The notes under the pieces were generated by a model, which saw only the letters and a program-made list of their open reading frames with translations, did not search any database and was not told the DNA's origin. Positions 24,167 to 26,583 of a stretch of 26,583 bases of DNA are shown here, piece by piece. The position numbers and the translations under genes are program-made. Numbering within the stretch: the first letter of the stretch is position 1; every line of letters starts with the position of its first letter. The stretch is taken from positions 1 to 26,583 of the forward strand of contig JAGUWE010000121.1 in assembly GCA_020062525.1 (NCBI GenBank), read 5' to 3'. The DNA is from Patescibacteria group bacterium (GTDB taxonomy: Bacteria; Patescibacteriota; Patescibacteriia; JAACEG01; JAGUWE01).

Positions 24167-25393
24167 ATGAAAATCGCTATTTTCTCTGATAATTTTTATC
24201 CAGAATTAAGTGGTATTGCCGATTCTATTATTGCCTTAGCTAAAGAATTAGCTAAACATGGTCATAAAATAGTTTTTTATGTGCCAAAATATTCAACAAA
24301 AGATTACCAAACCATTAAACAACCACTATTAGAAATTAGGGTTGGAAAAAATATTCAAATCCACCGTTTTCTTTCTTTGCCTTTTACCTCACCTACTGGA
24401 CAATCGCGTTTAGTTATACCCACGGCTTTACGTTGGCTAATTGTAAAAAAGTTTAATCCAGATATTATTCATACTAATCTTTTTTTTGGCGTGGGACTGG
24501 AGGCCCTATTAACTGCTAAAATGCTTAAAATACCCTTAGTGGGGACTAATCATACGCGTCTGGCTGAGTTTATTCGTTACAGCCCAATCCGAGCCAATTG
24601 GGTTAGAAAATACAGTTTGCGTTATATGATTTGGTTTTATAATCATTGCGATTATGTGACCGCCCCTTCAAAATTGTTTTTAGATGAAATGAAACAAAAT
24701 GGTTTAAAACAACCTAATCAGGTAATTTCAAATCCAGTGGATCTAAAAATTTTTAAGCCGGGGGCAAAGCAAGATAAGCAAAAAATTTTAAAGAAATACA
24801 AACTTTCGGAAAATACAATTATTTATGCCGGTAGATTAGCGAGCGAAAAGAATATTGATGTAATTATCCGAGCTTTAGCGATTGCCAAAAAAAAGATTTC
24901 CAATATTAATCTTGCTTTAGCTGGTCATGGCAGTGCCAGTCAATCGCTCAAAAATTTGACTAAACAATTATCTCTAAAAAATAATGTTAAATTTTTAGGC
25001 ACTCTTGATCAGCCATCATTAGCTAAACTATATCAAGTAGCAAAAATTTTTGTTACCGCTAGTACTTCGGAAGTACAAAGTATGACTATTTTACAAGCAA
25101 TGGCTTGCCAGTTACCGGTAATCGGAGCAAAGTGTAATTCTATGCCGGAACTTATCAGTCAGCAACACGGATTTTTATTTAAACCCGGTGATTATCGGAC
25201 TTTAGCAGAAAAAATAATTTTTTTAGTGAAACATAAAAAGCAAAGAGAAATATTAAGTAAGGAAGCACAAAATTTTGTCCAGAAATTTTCTATCCAAAAA
25301 ATTGGACAAGAGTGGGAAAAACTATACAATAAAGTAAGATTGATAAAAAATAATACCTCTTATGAAACTTTCAATCATCATTCCGGCTTATAA
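24167..25393 (+). CDS. GT4 glycosyltransferase (monoglucosyldiacylglycerol synthase-like)
   Basis: MKIAIFSDNFYPELSG, TNHT, VTAPS, ISNPVDL, YAGRLASEKNID, SEVQSMTILQAMA, GFLFKPGD. ATG 24167. Confidence 0.9.
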   Translation: MKIAIFSDNFYPELSGIADSIIALAKELAKHGHKIVFYVPKYSTKDYQTIKQPLLEIRVGKNIQIHRFLSLPFTSPTGQSRLVIPTALRWLIVKKFNPDIIHTNLFFGVGLEALLTAKMLKIPLVGTNHTRLAEFIRYSPIRANWVRKYSLRYMIWFYNHCDYVTAPSKLFLDEMKQNGLKQPNQVISNPVDLKIFKPGAKQDKQKILKKYKLSENTIIYAGRLASEKNIDVIIRALAIAKKKISNINLALAGHGSASQSLKNLTKQLSLKNNVKFLGTLDQPSLAKLYQVAKIFVTASTSEVQSMTILQAMACQLPVIGAKCNSMPELISQQHGFLFKPGDYRTLAEKIIFLVKHKKQREILSKEAQNFVQKFSIQKIGQEWEKLYNKVRLIKNNTSYETFNHHSGL

Positions 25394-26096
25394 CGAAGAA
25401 AAATTAATTGGCCGTTGTCTTACTTCAATTTTAGAGGCGGAGATTCCGGTTGGGTATGAAATTATTGTGGTCAATAATGCCTCAACTGACCGCACCAAAG
25501 AAATTGCCCAAAGTTTTCCGGGTGTTAGAGTTGTTGATGAACCCAATAAGGGTTTAACTAAAGCTCGTCAAGCTGGCTTTGCGGCCTCTGGAGGCGAAGT
25601 TTTAGTTTATTTTGATGCCGATACAATTGTTCCCAAAGATTGGTTTAAAAACGCTCTGGCAATTTACGAACAAAGCCCCAAGATTGTCGGCGTTTCCGGG
25701 CCTTATTATTTTGAGGGACTAAATACGATTGAGCGCTTTCTGGAATGGCTGTATTACACAGTTTGCTTTCATGGCGTCAATTTAATTTATAGATTAATTC
25801 CCAATCATGGCGGCATTTTTCTTTTAGGCGGTAATTTTTCAATCAAGCGTTGGGTAATTGAAAAAATTGAGGGTTTTAACACTAACATTGCTTTTTATGG
25901 TGAAGATACTAATTTAACCCGCCGGGTGGCAAAATATGGTAAAATTAAATTTACTAACCGCTTAAAAGTGATTTCCTCGCCGCGCCGACTGCGCCAGCAA
26001 GGAGTGATTAAAACTTTAATTCTTTATATTTCCAATTTTTTTTCCGAAGTTATTTTCAAGCGGCCGATTTCAAAAGAGTATCGCGATATCAGATAA
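25362..26096 (+). CDS. GT2 glycosyltransferase
   Basis: SIIIPAYNEE, IIVVNNASTDRT, ARQAG, FDAD, GGNFSIKR, GEDT, SPRRL. Confidence 0.92.
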   Translation: MKLSIIIPAYNEEKLIGRCLTSILEAEIPVGYEIIVVNNASTDRTKEIAQSFPGVRVVDEPNKGLTKARQAGFAASGGEVLVYFDADTIVPKDWFKNALAIYEQSPKIVGVSGPYYFEGLNTIERFLEWLYYTVCFHGVNLIYRLIPNHGGIFLLGGNFSIKRWVIEKIEGFNTNIAFYGEDTNLTRRVAKYGKIKFTNRLKVISSPRRLRQQGVIKTLILYISNFFSEVIFKRPISKEYRDIR

Positions 26097-26108
26097 AAAA
26101 TTAAAAAA

Positions 26109-26137
26109 TGTCATCCTGAACTAAGTTCAGTTTGACA
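26109..26137. repeat. Truncated mini palindromic element (TGTCA...TGACA)
   Basis: TGTCA-tc-CTGAAC-taa-GTTCAG-tt-TGACA; TCATCCTGA is the reverse complement of 3724-3732. Confidence 0.45.
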
Positions 26138-26164
26138 AACAAATTATTATTAATTCAAAAAACT

Positions 26165-26583
26165 ATGCAAAACAAGACATTTTTCGTCGTCGTTTCATTC
26201 TTAGTTGTTTTAACAGTCGTGGTTTGGGGGACAGTTATCTTTTACACTTATCAAAACTTAAGTCAACCACCCCAAGTTTTAACTAATTCACAACCAAGCC
26301 CTCCAAAAGACCAACCAGTAAAACCATTATCAAAAGTTGAAATGAAGAAATTTGCTTCTGAGCAAGAATTTAAAAATTATTTAGCCAAAGTTTCTGATTT
26401 GGGGGGAGGGGGATTTGGTTTACTTCAAGCGACTAGAGGTCTTGCTGAGATCGGGGATATTCTTAAAGCACCTTCTGCTCCTGGCTTAGAGGCGGCTGAG
26501 TTTGGCGGTGGAGCTGAACCAAGTCGTGTATCGCAGACCAATGTCCAGGTTGAAGGCATTGATGAACCGGATATTGTCAAAAC
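26165..26583 (+). CDS. Secreted or membrane-anchored beta-propeller domain protein (partial, runs off the window)
   Basis: Open frame from ATG 26165: MQNKTFFVVVSFLVVL... TM helix, Pro-rich linker, then SQTNVQVEGIDEPDIVK, the characteristic start of the Beta_propel (PF09826) family. Confidence 0.8.
   Translation, partial: MQNKTFFVVVSFLVVLTVVVWGTVIFYTYQNLSQPPQVLTNSQPSPPKDQPVKPLSKVEMKKFASEQEFKNYLAKVSDLGGGGFGLLQATRGLAEIGDILKAPSAPGLEAAEFGGGAEPSRVSQTNVQVEGIDEPDIVK

Noticed and set aside
1-26583. Alternative genetic code 25 (TGA=Gly) as in Gracilibacteria/Absconditabacteria
   Set aside because: Long conserved genes are uninterrupted under code 11; the only split gene is explained by a frameshift, not an in-frame TGA.

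Overview
AT-rich chromosomal segment read with the standard code 11, most likely from a Patescibacteria/CPR (Parcubacteria-like) genome. That assignment is inference from the short HrcA, the near absence of Shine-Dalgarno motifs, CPR-like hypothetical proteins and dispersed palindromic repeats. Housekeeping content: AmmeMemoRadiSam protein A, glutamate dehydrogenase, ThpR, a CIRCE-controlled hrcA-grpE-dnaK-dnaJ operon, cysS, a CorA-family transporter, a TraG/VirD4-like ATPase, ispH-ispG, dnaX, tRNA-Gln(CTG), GT4 and GT2 glycosyltransferases and a partial beta-propeller protein. The top candidate system lies just downstream of tRNA-Gln: a catalytically intact LexA fused in frame to a beta-class N4/N6 DNA methyltransferase, convergent with an HNH endonuclease. 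Its promoter (TTGACC-N17-TATAAT) has a TTCGG-N6-TTCGG direct repeat filling the spacer, suggesting an SOS-wired restriction-modification module. Other notable items: a TagA glycosyltransferase-RppH-like Nudix fusion, a MITE-like element with a TAAA duplication and a 38-bp perfect palindrome, heptamer arrays whose U-rich strand sits next to four start codons, a frameshifted acyltransferase, a CorA with SMR in place of GMN, and an unlisted 35-aa ORF with its own SD and terminator. All product calls come from motif recognition by eye; no searches were run.
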